Source of the DNA: an uncultured candidate division Zixibacteria bacterium | GTDB lineage: Bacteria; Zixibacteria; MSB-5A5; GN15; FEB-12 | NCBI GenBank assembly: GCA_963664195.1 | Contig: OY760907.1 | Location: forward strand, 2,400,001 to 2,464,000 | Direction of reading: 5' to 3' | DNA length: 64,000 bases | Shown here: piece by piece, positions 1-8,468 of the stretch | How the letters are laid out: the number at the start of each line of letters is the position of its first letter | Numbering within the stretch: position 1 is the first letter of the stretch | Made by a program: the position numbers and the translations under genes | The notes under the pieces: model-generated | What the model saw: only the letters and a program-made list of their open reading frames with translations | Database searches by the model: none | What the model was told of the DNA's origin: nothing

Positions 1-748
1 CCCCGACAGCAACATCGCTCAGGTAATGACGATACGCCTGAATCCGGCTCAGCCCGACATACGTCGCCCATCCGTAAGTCACCACCGAGGGTACCCAGCG
101 CCAGTCACAGTACTCGCTGTGCGACATCTCCCGGCGCATAGTCGAGCGGATGCGTTTGTTCAGAAACGTCATCGCATAGAAAGCACTCGAGGCGTGGCCG
201 GAGTAGAAGGATCGATTGTCGGTAGGCTGCACCGGCTCCGCACGCTGTGCGGCCAGTTCCGGGGCAAGGGAGCAGAGGGGGCGTCGGCGACGGACCAGTC
301 CCTTGAAGAAGTCAGTCAGTCCTTTGTTGGCCAGCGAGCCGGAGTAATACAGGAACTGCCCCTGGAGCGCGTCCTGCTCGCGGTTGTCGGCAGGGTAGGC
401 CAGGTCTGTCACACCGACAAGGATTCCGCCGGTCACGGTCGAGACCGCCGAGCCGAAGTTGTCGTCGAGGAAATTCCGTTTGCCGAGCTTCGGTTCTCCG
501 CCCAGCCATTTGGTGATCGATGCCTCGACAGGCAGCGGCCTGCACCATCGCGGACCGTTGTCATTGCCGGACTGTCTGACCGCGTGTCCCACAAACAGAG
601 TCGCCAGCGTCCCCGCTCCGATCCCGCCGGCTTCCTCGCCGGAGAGGTAGTCCCTGTGCTGTGCCCCGGCGCTTGAGCAAAGCAACGAGAGTGCGAGCAA
701 GAGGCCGATGAGGAGCAGGAGCGCCCTGTGTGAGCCGCCTGTGGTCAT
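1..748 (-). CDS. PAP2 (type 2 phosphatidic acid phosphatase) family membrane phosphatase, 3' end outside window
   Basis: Not in the ORF track. Manual translation from ATG at 748 is open to the window edge: MTTGGSHRALLLLIGLLLAL... It carries the three PAP2 motifs KGLVRRRRP, SFYSGH and SRIQAYRHYLSD. It directly abuts the stop of the upstream gene at 749. Confidence 0.88.
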   Translation of the reverse strand, partial: MTTGGSHRALLLLIGLLLALSLLCSSAGAQHRDYLSGEEAGGIGAGTLATLFVGHAVRQSGNDNGPRWCRPLPVEASITKWLGGEPKLGKRNFLDDNFGSAVSTVTGGILVGVTDLAYPADNREQDALQGQFLYYSGSLANKGLTDFFKGLVRRRRPLCSLAPELAAQRAEPVQPTDNRSFYSGHASSAFYAMTFLNKRIRSTMRREMSHSEYCDWRWVPSVVTYGWATYVGLSRIQAYRHYLSDVAVG

Positions 749-1198
749 CTACCGGCTCTCCGTGTCATCGGCAGGTCCGCTCAGCGGGGTATTGACGAGA
801 CGGCGTACCTTTCGTACCAGCGATCTCAGGATTGCCTCAATGATGCTGGGGTGGTCCGCGATTGAGTCCAGGAAGGTTTCACGGTCGATCCTGAGGACCT
901 CGGTCGGTTCCCGCACTTCGCCGCTGAACAGCCACGGTTCGGCATCGAGCATAGACAGCGCTCCCAGGGCGTCGCCGGGAGCGGCCACGAAGATTTCACG
1001 TGAGTCCTTCAACACGAGTACTTTGCCGGAGATGATCAGACTGAGCGAATCAGCCGGTTCGTTTTCTTCAAAGAGTTTGTCCCCTTTGTCGAATTGCTCT
1101 TCCTCGGCGATGGCGGCGAGGATCGAGAGATCTTCGGTACCCATATGTTCAAACAGGTCCACTTCGTGCAACGCCAGGACTTTTTCCATTATGGTCAT
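749..1198 (-). CDS. Cyclic-nucleotide-binding domain protein (degenerate phosphate-binding cassette)
   Basis: Pattern EKVLALHEVDLF...FDKGDKLFEENEPADSLSLIISGKV...PGDALG is typical of cNMP domains linked to NTT-HEAT proteins. Confidence 0.85.
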   Translation of the reverse strand: MTIMEKVLALHEVDLFEHMGTEDLSILAAIAEEEQFDKGDKLFEENEPADSLSLIISGKVLVLKDSREIFVAAPGDALGALSMLDAEPWLFSGEVREPTEVLRIDRETFLDSIADHPSIIEAILRSLVRKVRRLVNTPLSGPADDTESR

Positions 1199-1218
1199 AA
1201 CAACTCCTCAGTACCGTG

Positions 1219-3969
1219 TCATCCCGCGGCCAGAACGTTCATTGCCACCCGTGAGGCCTCTCTCAGCGGGGCATTCGCGCTTTCGGTCAGTGGCGCAAGC
1301 TCAAGGTTGAACCCGTCGAGCCTGCGATCACTTACGACAAACGCTGCGCAGGCCGCCAGCCAGGGATCATCTCCCCGGAGCATCCAGCGTATCGCTTCAT
1401 CGTAGGACGCTGCCTTTAAGTCGAACAGTCGACGGCCGGCCTCGTCGAGGCGAGCATTCTCCTCCAGAATAGGGAAGAGGTGAGCCTTTTCGCTTCGATC
1501 CCAGACCGTATCCAGAAACTCAATTGCCCGTGCGCGAACGATCTTTGTCCCGCTGACGATTCCGTTATATGCGGTGCGCATGTCATCGATTGGATAAATC
1601 AGGCCGGCCAGCCTGAAGGCCTGCTCGAGGTGCAGCTTCTGACGGTCACTCAGCGCCTGCAGCAACAGGGTTTCGGCCTTGCTGTCGTATCTGTCCTGTT
1701 GGATAGCCGCCACGAGACCATTAATCGCGTAGTAGCTCCGAGACTCTCCTTCGATCAACTTGCGAATCCTGCTTGCATCAATCGGGAGTTCCTTCATGCT
1801 GCGTCTCAGTCGTCCGAGGCCCCTGATGACGTTATGCCTCAGCATAGCGTCTTTCGATTGCAGCTGTGCGCTGAGAATCGCGGCGGCTTCATCGCCCGGC
1901 ATGAGGCTGATGATTTTCGGAAGCCGCAAACGGGCCAGGAGCGGTTCACCGGAATCAAGCATGTGATCGCGCAAGGTTCCCAGAATCGAAGGGCCAAACG
2001 CCAGCAGCGCATCGGTCGCCATACCGCGATGTTTCGGATGCGCGAGACCGTCGATTATGACCGGAATGAAGTCACGACGGTTCAACGACGCTGCACTCAA
2101 GAGGGCGCCGCGTCTGACCACAGGGTCGTCATCGGCAAGAAATGCCGGGAACAGTTCCGCCAGAGGATCGGCCGGAGTTGCCGATTGCAGTGCTAGGGCA
2201 AGTTGGCGTCGCGCTGCCAGCCCGCGGTCATCATCGTGGGAGTTGAGTGCTTCCACAAACTCTTTGCTCATTGACTGCCGGACATCGTCCGAGATGTTAT
2301 ACTTGAGCGTACAACGACACGCGGAGGCCTGCAATACAGGGTCATCAGCGTGCAAGTAATCGCGCAACCTCACTTCCTTGTCCGAGGGAGACAAAAGACA
2401 GAGCAAGCGGATCGCTTCGACCTGTACTTCGGGATCATCGTCGGTAACGAGCGGTTCGACTTGCGGTAGAATCGATTCGTTTCCAACCGTGGCAAGTTGC
2501 GAAAGTGCCGTCTTACGGATCACCGCATTGTCGTGCACGAGCAATGCTGCCAACGGTTCGGCAAGACGGTGGTCTGTCGCCTGGGCGGTCAATTCGAGTG
2601 CGAATAGTATCTGCCTGCGGTTGCCGGTTGTAAACGTGTTGGTCAAGGCGTCCATAGAGGCCGCGTCGTGAAGTCTCGTCCGAAGTTGTCCGGCATCAAT
2701 TGTTCCCTTTTCGAGAGCGGCACGGAATGTGCGTGAATACTCACGTTTGATCATGACCGCCACGGCGATCCAACCGCCGATCAGAGCGGCACTCAGGAAA
2801 GAAATCCACTGAACCGGCCAGTGGAGCATATCGTTGACGATATAGAGCAGGCCGCCGCCGATACCGCGTGCAAACCGATCTCCGACAACATCCATAAACG
2901 CCTTCACACGGTTTTTGATGTTCGTCGGAATCGGAAGGTATAGCAGTTCCAGCCCGGTTTTGTTGATCGAGTAACGGAAGGAACCGTCGGATATTTTCAC
3001 CAGTATGGCCGAGGCAAGGACGGGGAAGAGGAATATGGCCGTCGATCCGAGCAACAATCCCACCGGCAGGAACAGGATCGCGGCACCCACCCCGAACCGT
3101 CGCAGCACACGGGAGGACAGTAGTAATTGGAGCACCAGTGAGATCAGTGAGAGCCAGAAGAAGAATGCGCCAAAGAAAGCCGTCAGTCTGTCTTTATCCT
3201 CAAAAAAGTCCTTGACGATTTTGTTGAATTGGAAATCGACAAATGTCGAAACCATGACCGTCAGGGCAATCATCAGGGCGAGCAGTTTCAGGTGACGTGA
3301 ATGGAGAATGACCGGCAGCATGCCGCTAATATCTCTGCTTTTCTTTTTCTGCTTCGATTTCTCCGGATCGTCGCCGCGTCGCATATTCCACACCGCCAGG
3401 AGGATGCCAAAACAGATCAGCAGGAAGGCCATACACAACCAGAGCAGGTTTTCGGTGCCAACCAGCTCGGCAAACAGGTTGGTCAGAAGGCTGCCCGTGA
3501 TACCGCCAAGAATAGCGCCCGCCGCTACGAAAGGGAACACGCGTTTGGCCTCACGAGGATCAAACACGTAGTTGGCCAGGAGCCAGAATTGCGAAGTCGT
3601 GAATACGCCGAACAACGACACCCAGACGTAGAACACATACACCAACCAGCTGAGTTGCTGACCGATCAGGTACCAGAATGCTGCAAGATTGAGGATGATC
3701 ACGAGCGTCGTTGCGCCGACAAGTCTCGGGAGCGACATGCGTGCCGCCGTCCAACCGTAGAAACTGGCGATTGGTGTGGCGGTTACCGCGATAATCATAT
3801 ACATGTAGATCAGTTGGTCCGCGCCGAACTTGTCAAGAAACAGCGAATTGCGAACCGGCTTCAGAATCAGATACGCGCTGAGCAAGAGAAAAGCATAGAG
3901 AAACATCAACACTGCACGCGTGATTTCCTGACGCTCAAGGCCGAACAGTTTCTTGAACAGTGCTGTCAT
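1219..3969 (-). CDS. Npt1/Npt2 (NTT/TLC) family ATP/ADP nucleotide translocase fused to HEAT repeats
   Basis: N-terminal ~410 aa with about 12 TM segments and NTT motifs ILKPVRNSLF, FYVWVSLFG...SQFW, AKRVFP, RYSINKTGLELLYLP, KAFMDVVGDR. C-terminal HEAT-like repeats (DDDPEVQVEAI, DDPVVRRGAL). Confidence 0.9.
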   Translation of the reverse strand: MTALFKKLFGLERQEITRAVLMFLYAFLLLSAYLILKPVRNSLFLDKFGADQLIYMYMIIAVTATPIASFYGWTAARMSLPRLVGATTLVIILNLAAFWYLIGQQLSWLVYVFYVWVSLFGVFTTSQFWLLANYVFDPREAKRVFPFVAAGAILGGITGSLLTNLFAELVGTENLLWLCMAFLLICFGILLAVWNMRRGDDPEKSKQKKKSRDISGMLPVILHSRHLKLLALMIALTVMVSTFVDFQFNKIVKDFFEDKDRLTAFFGAFFFWLSLISLVLQLLLSSRVLRRFGVGAAILFLPVGLLLGSTAIFLFPVLASAILVKISDGSFRYSINKTGLELLYLPIPTNIKNRVKAFMDVVGDRFARGIGGGLLYIVNDMLHWPVQWISFLSAALIGGWIAVAVMIKREYSRTFRAALEKGTIDAGQLRTRLHDAASMDALTNTFTTGNRRQILFALELTAQATDHRLAEPLAALLVHDNAVIRKTALSQLATVGNESILPQVEPLVTDDDPEVQVEAIRLLCLLSPSDKEVRLRDYLHADDPVLQASACRCTLKYNISDDVRQSMSKEFVEALNSHDDDRGLAARRQLALALQSATPADPLAELFPAFLADDDPVVRRGALLSAASLNRRDFIPVIIDGLAHPKHRGMATDALLAFGPSILGTLRDHMLDSGEPLLARLRLPKIISLMPGDEAAAILSAQLQSKDAMLRHNVIRGLGRLRRSMKELPIDASRIRKLIEGESRSYYAINGLVAAIQQDRYDSKAETLLLQALSDRQKLHLEQAFRLAGLIYPIDDMRTAYNGIVSGTKIVRARAIEFLDTVWDRSEKAHLFPILEENARLDEAGRRLFDLKAASYDEAIRWMLRGDDPWLAACAAFVVSDRRLDGFNLELAPLTESANAPLREASRVAMNVLAAG

Positions 3970-3978
3970 TCCGAATCC

Positions 3979-5262
3979 CTAGAATTTGCTGATCAAAACG
4001 TTTTCGTACGGAATACCAAGTCTATCCAGCGACGTGAAGAAATGCCCCAGAGTCAGCAGATACCGATCCGATCTCACCGCGATATCCTCGCGGATAGTCG
4101 CGGAAACGTTACTGTAGAAGTAGTGCCCGGACTGTGCGGTGACGTGAGCAATGCGTCGATCCTCGTCTTGCCCTTCGATGAAAAACGCGCCCGAAGTCAA
4201 AATCGGTTCGCCGGGAAAGAGGAAAGCATGATTGGCGCGCGGGGCCTTCCGCCCTGTTTCCTTTTCAATTTGGGCTACTTCTGTACGGAGCATCTCTCGC
4301 CCGAAGCGCACCTTGCCTGATGCCGATACCGCAAAGAAGTATTCGCCTGCGGTGAGCGTATCATAGCCGTTGCGTGTCAGCGTGTTCATGACCGTGATGT
4401 CTCCGCCACGAGCGAAGAATTTGCGGTACTCACTCTGGAGCATCGGCCACTCTTTGTTGGGAAAGGCCTTGCGAGGGGCATTGTCCTTGAGCGTATTCAT
4501 CAGCGAATCGGAGGAGACAAACGCGGTTATGCCGTCAGCGAAATCCGTGCGGATCGGCGCACAACTGTACAGGAAGCTCATATAATTGTCGTATCCCTGG
4601 ATTACATAGTCCGGGGGAGGGGCATAGAGGTCCGAACTCTCAGCCAGACCGAAGTCAGTTGCCACTGGTTCTTTTGCTTCAATTTCGCCCGCGTCTATGG
4701 CGTGAAGATAGTCCGACACGGCTACAGCATATCTCTGCATCTCCTCACCTGTGAGCGACTCCTGCCATGACGCCCAAATCATGAAGCGCATCTCTTGTGC
4801 CGTCACGAGGCGGATGTAGCAAGTCGTCTGCTTGCCGCTTTCGCTATCGTATGTCGCCTTGATCAGGATCCCGCGGAATCCCGGCCAAGGTCCGGCAGCG
4901 GCTGTGTCGATGTTGGATCTCAGTACGTCGAACATGATCGAGGAACTGCTCATCAGGAGGGCTGCTGCTACTTTTTGTGATTCCAGATTGGGGCAGATCA
5001 CACGGGTTGCACCGAGTAGCCGGTCGACGTCTTCGTCGCCATTCGGCTCCGTGACCAGCGGCCCGGTGACGAAGTATCCCTTCGACTCGGGCAGCAGCCC
5101 AGCCAGTCGATTCTGAAACTCCGGGTGTTGGGCTGCGATAAGGCGTTCGAAGTCTGCGCCTTCAATGGGGGCATTGCGGTCGGCAGCGACACATGAGGCC
5201 GTCAGCAGCAGTGCTAACAGGCAGGTCGCAAAACGACCAAATCGTACGAAATCTCGATTCAT
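3979..5262 (-). CDS. Putative lipoprotein with degenerate RelA/SpoT-synthetase-like N-terminal region and C-terminal 'H...G...SGHY' domain
   Basis: Signal peptide ending LLTAS-C. Packed in the operon with 3- and 9-nt gaps. Domain assignments are tentative motif resemblances. Confidence 0.7.
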   Translation of the reverse strand: MNRDFVRFGRFATCLLALLLTASCVAADRNAPIEGADFERLIAAQHPEFQNRLAGLLPESKGYFVTGPLVTEPNGDEDVDRLLGATRVICPNLESQKVAAALLMSSSSIMFDVLRSNIDTAAAGPWPGFRGILIKATYDSESGKQTTCYIRLVTAQEMRFMIWASWQESLTGEEMQRYAVAVSDYLHAIDAGEIEAKEPVATDFGLAESSDLYAPPPDYVIQGYDNYMSFLYSCAPIRTDFADGITAFVSSDSLMNTLKDNAPRKAFPNKEWPMLQSEYRKFFARGGDITVMNTLTRNGYDTLTAGEYFFAVSASGKVRFGREMLRTEVAQIEKETGRKAPRANHAFLFPGEPILTSGAFFIEGQDEDRRIAHVTAQSGHYFYSNVSATIREDIAVRSDRYLLTLGHFFTSLDRLGIPYENVLISKF

Positions 5263-5265
5263 ATT

Positions 5266-6999
5266 CTAGTCCACATGTTCGACCGCCACCAATTGCAGCC
5301 GTGATTCATCGGCATGATACCAGAGCCAGAGCACTACCGGCAGGCCATACTCGCCGCCGTCGCGCTTCGTGCGGATGCGAATCTCAAACAGGTTGGCATC
5401 CGGCTTGTCTCCCGGCTTGTGCGCGGCCGCTGCGTCTTTTATATCCGAGGCTGTCAGCGCTATCTGTTCGTTTTCGATCTGTCGAGCCTCGATGAGCGTC
5501 TTGCCGTCGTATCTCATATCGAATTCAGACTGTGCCGTTTGATTGAATCCGTATTTCAGTGCGAAATCTTCAAACGATATCACAAACTGTCCGTCCGTTT
5601 GCTCCGAGTTGAAACCGTCGAGCGGGTTGACTTTCGCAAACCAGTGCCGCCCGATCTTCTCCTGCCGTGTTTTCAGCGTCCTGAAGAGGTAGTTCCTTGC
5701 CTTCGGATTGGACAACTCGCCAGCGTCGATTATTGCCCGAAGATCGTCATCAGTGAACGACATCACGATCTTGGCCGCCCAGTAGGCGTCCCGCCCCGTC
5801 ATGTTCTCGAATGCCGGGATGGGGTAGATAGGATCCCATTTGCCCGGTTGAAAAATCTCCGACTCGAAATAGCCAATCGAGGGGAACGTCCAGTCCTTCG
5901 CGAATTCCCACTGCCATCGTTTCAGCCCGAGCGTGAAGAAAGACACGCCGAAGTCTCGAAGGTCGAAGGAATTGCAGTATCCGGCAGTGACCGACTGGGC
6001 GCATTGTCCTGCCGAACCGAAGGTTGAACCAAAATCCAGCAGGTAATGCTTGATGAATCGGCGACCGTCTTCGTCGGCTAAGATGTCCATGCTGTTCTGG
6101 TCTTTGATGTCCCAGTGATTGACCATTGAACAAAGGACATACAGGGCTCGCAACTCACGTCGGTGCTCGTGCTGGCACCAGTCATTCGGGTCGTTTTTGC
6201 GAGTGCCGTCAAAACTGAACGGTCCGCGTATGCTCGGCAGGGCCAGCGAGGCAAGGCAGCGCACAGAGCCGTCAGGCTCATATTGGGCCAGCGTGAGAAT
6301 CTCGTTTAGCTTCTCACGTGTGAACGGATGTTTCTTGCCTTCGATGTCTTTGAACGTGACACCCTCGCGGATGGTCAGGTCCTCGGGACGGAATCGGGTG
6401 ATCGTTTCTTCCGGGACATTGTAGCCGCAGGCGTAAAAGAACCTGCCTGCCATCGCGGCGGCGGCCGTTGCCATTTCAGGATGACCCGGAGGATCGAATT
6501 TCAGAATAAACTGATTGCCGTTCTTGTCCTCGATCCAGAAACCGGCCGTTGCTCCGCCAACTTTCGGGCGGAATACCTGCCACGGGCCGGTAGTGTCCGG
6601 TCCGCCGGTGACGATTGCACCGCGCCGGATTTCATCTGCGGTCATCGGGATCAAGTGATGGCGGTTGGTGTACCAGGAGCTGTTGGGGACTTCGTCGAAA
6701 CTGTTGATGTTCCAGGCTTGCCGGGAGTTGCCGGAGACTTTGCGAAGACTCCGATCCAAATCAAGAAGTTGATCGATTTGCTCAAACCCGGTCCGCTCCA
6801 CCGTCTCCCATATCAGGTTCGGACCGCGCTTTCCAGGGTCCGGGATATTCTCCGTGTCGGCGTCCTTCCAGTGCGGATCCTCCGGAGTGTAGGTTGCTCG
6901 ATACGAGCCGCAGGACCAACAGAATGCTGCCAGCACAACTGCGCAGGCGACTCGTGCGACAACCGAAGCAGGTCTGTTTGTATGTAAGATTCTCTTCAT
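5266..6999 (-). CDS. Putative secreted lipoprotein kinase (HipA/PI3-4-kinase-like fold)
   Basis: Signal peptide ending FCWS-C. Motifs GGATAG (Gly loop), FILKFD (ATP Lys), PEMA (helix C Glu), HWDIKDQN (catalytic loop) and LLDFG (Mg binding). Confidence 0.8.
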   Translation of the reverse strand: MKRILHTNRPASVVARVACAVVLAAFCWSCGSYRATYTPEDPHWKDADTENIPDPGKRGPNLIWETVERTGFEQIDQLLDLDRSLRKVSGNSRQAWNINSFDEVPNSSWYTNRHHLIPMTADEIRRGAIVTGGPDTTGPWQVFRPKVGGATAGFWIEDKNGNQFILKFDPPGHPEMATAAAAMAGRFFYACGYNVPEETITRFRPEDLTIREGVTFKDIEGKKHPFTREKLNEILTLAQYEPDGSVRCLASLALPSIRGPFSFDGTRKNDPNDWCQHEHRRELRALYVLCSMVNHWDIKDQNSMDILADEDGRRFIKHYLLDFGSTFGSAGQCAQSVTAGYCNSFDLRDFGVSFFTLGLKRWQWEFAKDWTFPSIGYFESEIFQPGKWDPIYPIPAFENMTGRDAYWAAKIVMSFTDDDLRAIIDAGELSNPKARNYLFRTLKTRQEKIGRHWFAKVNPLDGFNSEQTDGQFVISFEDFALKYGFNQTAQSEFDMRYDGKTLIEARQIENEQIALTASDIKDAAAAHKPGDKPDANLFEIRIRTKRDGGEYGLPVVLWLWYHADESRLQLVAVEHVD

Positions 7000-7005
7000 C
7001 GTCGT

Positions 7006-8301
7006 TTACCAATCTGCCCCGAGGTTGATATAGAACCGGGTGCCTTCTTTGCTGTGGGCTATGAACATGCGGCCGCCTTCGCCACCCCGCCCCCAGAACC
7101 GGACGCCCACTCCGGCAGAATACTTCCACTCAGTGAATACGAGATCATCGACGAGCGATCGAAAGACACGTCCTTCCTCTACAAAAACGAAACCATCGAT
7201 CACCTGCCACAGAGGGTAACGGTACTCAGCCGATAGGAGGATCAGATCATTATCCACGAATCGGACGCTGCGGTATCCTCTCAAGGAAGATTTGCCGCCA
7301 AGGCCACTTCGCAAGTAGAAGGGGATCGACGGTGCGGTTTCATCGCGGTCGACACGGGTAAAGTCTCCTCGGAGCGCGAGGACTCTATTCTGGAACAACT
7401 CGATATATTGTGCCCAGGCGGCCTCGATTCTGAAGAACTCAAGATCATCGGAGCTTCCGGTGCCACCATGATAGGCCGCGCAGATTCGTCCTACGCCGCC
7501 TCGTGTCGGGCGGCCCGGATGGTCGCGCCAGTCGAATTCAGTTGTCGCCCCCAAAGTCCAGTGCTGTGTGCTGCGAATCTGATCCAATGTCAGCGAAAGC
7601 GCAGTTGCGATACTGTCCAGGTCTGAAAGGCGCTCGTCGTTTTTGCCGTCGGAGGTGTTACTGATAGTGTAGCCCCCGAATAATTCAGCAACGATCCCAT
7701 CGCCCGCTTGCCAGGTCAATCCTCCGAACAGCTTCGTCTGCTCCATCGTGTAGGAGATTTCGTCACCTTTGTGCGAATCATTTCCAAGTCCGTAGAAGCT
7801 CTCCCACGGTCGCTTGCGATAGTCGGCATTCAACCGGAGGCCAATCCGGTCAGCGAATAGCTGCGGTCCATGGTAGTTGAAATTGGCACGCTGGTAGTCA
7901 TGCGTGGAGTAGTATCCTTTCAGGCGGACAATATCTTTGGTCGAAAGTACGTCCCTGGCGAAAAAGCCCAGACCGCCTTTCACGCCCGAGTTTGAGCCGT
8001 AGGACGCAACCGGGTACACGGAAATATCCGGAGCGGGCGCAAACAGGATGTTTTTCAGCGGACTTTCGGTGGCCAGCCAGATGCCTCCATAGGCTATTCC
8101 CTTGACGGGATAAACGGGTGTCTGTATGATGGCTGAAGTGACATCGAGAATGGTCTCTCCGACTGATTTCGGCGGGCGTTCCGGCTTGCGAACGGCAGTT
8201 GTATCAACCTCAACTGCGGTCGCGGCGGCGGCCAGCAGGAGGATACACACACCGCAGAAGACAAACGCCCGTTTCTGTAACGAGTGTCGATAGCGAATCA
8301 T
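7006..8301 (-). CDS. Omp85/BamA-TamA-family outer-membrane beta-barrel lacking POTRA domains
   Basis: ATG 8301 has an AAGGAG RBS and a signal peptide. It has alternating beta-strands, a loop-6 motif LGGKSSLRGY..RF, SAEYRYPL and a terminal FYINLGADW. Confidence 0.85.
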   Translation of the reverse strand: MIRYRHSLQKRAFVFCGVCILLLAAAATAVEVDTTAVRKPERPPKSVGETILDVTSAIIQTPVYPVKGIAYGGIWLATESPLKNILFAPAPDISVYPVASYGSNSGVKGGLGFFARDVLSTKDIVRLKGYYSTHDYQRANFNYHGPQLFADRIGLRLNADYRKRPWESFYGLGNDSHKGDEISYTMEQTKLFGGLTWQAGDGIVAELFGGYTISNTSDGKNDERLSDLDSIATALSLTLDQIRSTQHWTLGATTEFDWRDHPGRPTRGGVGRICAAYHGGTGSSDDLEFFRIEAAWAQYIELFQNRVLALRGDFTRVDRDETAPSIPFYLRSGLGGKSSLRGYRSVRFVDNDLILLSAEYRYPLWQVIDGFVFVEEGRVFRSLVDDLVFTEWKYSAGVGVRFWGRGGEGGRMFIAHSKEGTRFYINLGADW

Positions 8302-8468
8302 GGTCTCCTTTTCCTGTCCAGACGGTTCAGTCAACGATACTGGTAATGAAAAATAGAAAGGAAAGCGACTATTTTTTGCCCAATGCAAACAGCGGTGCTT
8401 CCGGTGAGGATGAGGACGGCTGTGAGTGCTCCCGGAAGCCTATTCGTTGATTCTGGCTGACGGAAGTG

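Noticed and set aside
26..676. 216-aa plus-strand ORF
   Set aside because: Antisense shadow of the PAP2 gene, which has clear motifs and operon context.
1219..3969. NTT as evidence of an energy-parasitic lifestyle
   Set aside because: It is the HEAT-fused type, and the window encodes complex I and de novo purine synthesis. Parasitism is not supported.
5266..6999. HipA toxin of a toxin-antitoxin module
   Set aside because: It has a lipoprotein signal, is much larger, and has no adjacent HipB-like HTH gene.
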